A stretch of 64,000 nucleotides of DNA from an uncultured Bacteroidales bacterium. GTDB taxonomy: Bacteria; Bacteroidota; Bacteroidia; Bacteroidales; WCHB1-69. Every line of letters starts with the position of its first letter. Position 1 is the stretch's first letter. Position numbers and translations under genes: made by a program. Positions 63,480 through 64,000 of the stretch are shown piece after piece. The notes beneath the pieces are model-generated. The model ran no database searches and had not been told where the DNA came from. It was given only the letters and a program-made list of their open reading frames with translations. The DNA lies in contig CAJOKR010000039.1 in the NCBI GenBank assembly GCA_905235135.1, forward strand, positions 3,972-67,971, in the 5' to 3' direction.

Positions 63480-63488
63480 TCCTGCACC

Positions 63489-64000
63489 ATGTTGACGGAT
63501 TTCATCCTTCGGTTGCTCGCCGCCACGGCCATGGGCGCGGTTATCGGCCTCGAACGCGAATACCACGCCAAAGAGGCCGGCGTACGCACGCATCTGCTGG
63601 TCGCACTGGGTTCCTGCCTGTTCATGATTCTCTCGATTTACGGTTTCGACTTCATGCTGGAGTACGATAACGTAAGTTTCGACCCGTCGCGTATCGCCGC
63701 ACAGGTGGTCACGGGCATCGGCTTTATCGGCGCGGGCACCATCATTTTCCAGAAACAAGTGGTGCGCGGTCTGACCACCGCAGCCGGACTATGGGTCACC
63801 GCCGCCATCGGACTGGCTTGTGGCAACGGCATGTTCTGGCTGGCCCTCATCACCACCGCCATCGTGCTCATCTCCTTAGGACTGATCAACGTTTATCTGC
63901 CTTATTTGTCGCAGAAAGAGCACACGGTCACCTTCCTCGTGGAGGACTACACCGTCCTGACCGAGGTGATGGAAAACCTTCACAAAGAGAAAATCACCGT
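63489..64000 (+). CDS. MgtC/SapB family protein (3'-partial)
   Basis: GAVIGLEREYHAKEAGVRTH, DPSRIAAQVVTGIGFIGAG, GLTTAAGLW (translated by hand; absent from the ORF track). Confidence 0.92.
   Translation, partial: MLTDFILRLLAATAMGAVIGLEREYHAKEAGVRTHLLVALGSCLFMILSIYGFDFMLEYDNVSFDPSRIAAQVVTGIGFIGAGTIIFQKQVVRGLTTAAGLWVTAAIGLACGNGMFWLALITTAIVLISLGLINVYLPYLSQKEHTVTFLVEDYTVLTEVMENLHKEKIT

Overview
Bacteroidales-type chromosomal window (TAnnTTTG -7 promoters, T9SS/FISUMP/BspA proteins, Mpi invertase). Two core-like arms (GT2, ECF sigma, DUF58, radC, methylmalonyl-CoA mutase, rlmI, GH29, pckA, pepE; kamE/kamD, MgtC) flank an AT-richer accessory island at about 42.9-58.3 kb. The island holds: (i) a type IIG restriction-modification gene whose C-terminal specificity domain can be swapped in frame by inversion between perfect 22-bp inverted repeats next to an Mpi-family serine invertase; (ii) an orphan one-spacer type II-C-like mini-CRISPR, where one repeat supplies the stop codon of an upstream gene and the other the apparent promoter of a small acidic ORF; (iii) RhuM/ORF6N/four-helix-bundle genes separated by conserved non-coding repeat modules, resembling a cassette array. 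Outside the island, a GRE-activase-like radical SAM gene sits beside two divergent TonB paralogues carrying an N-terminal Cys-rich domain, plus a TIGR04076 gene. Several genes are bracketed by heptamer microsatellites and GTAG-type REP palindromes. Many genes carry short indels, some probably sequencing or assembly errors. All calls come from reading motifs by eye; no searches were run.
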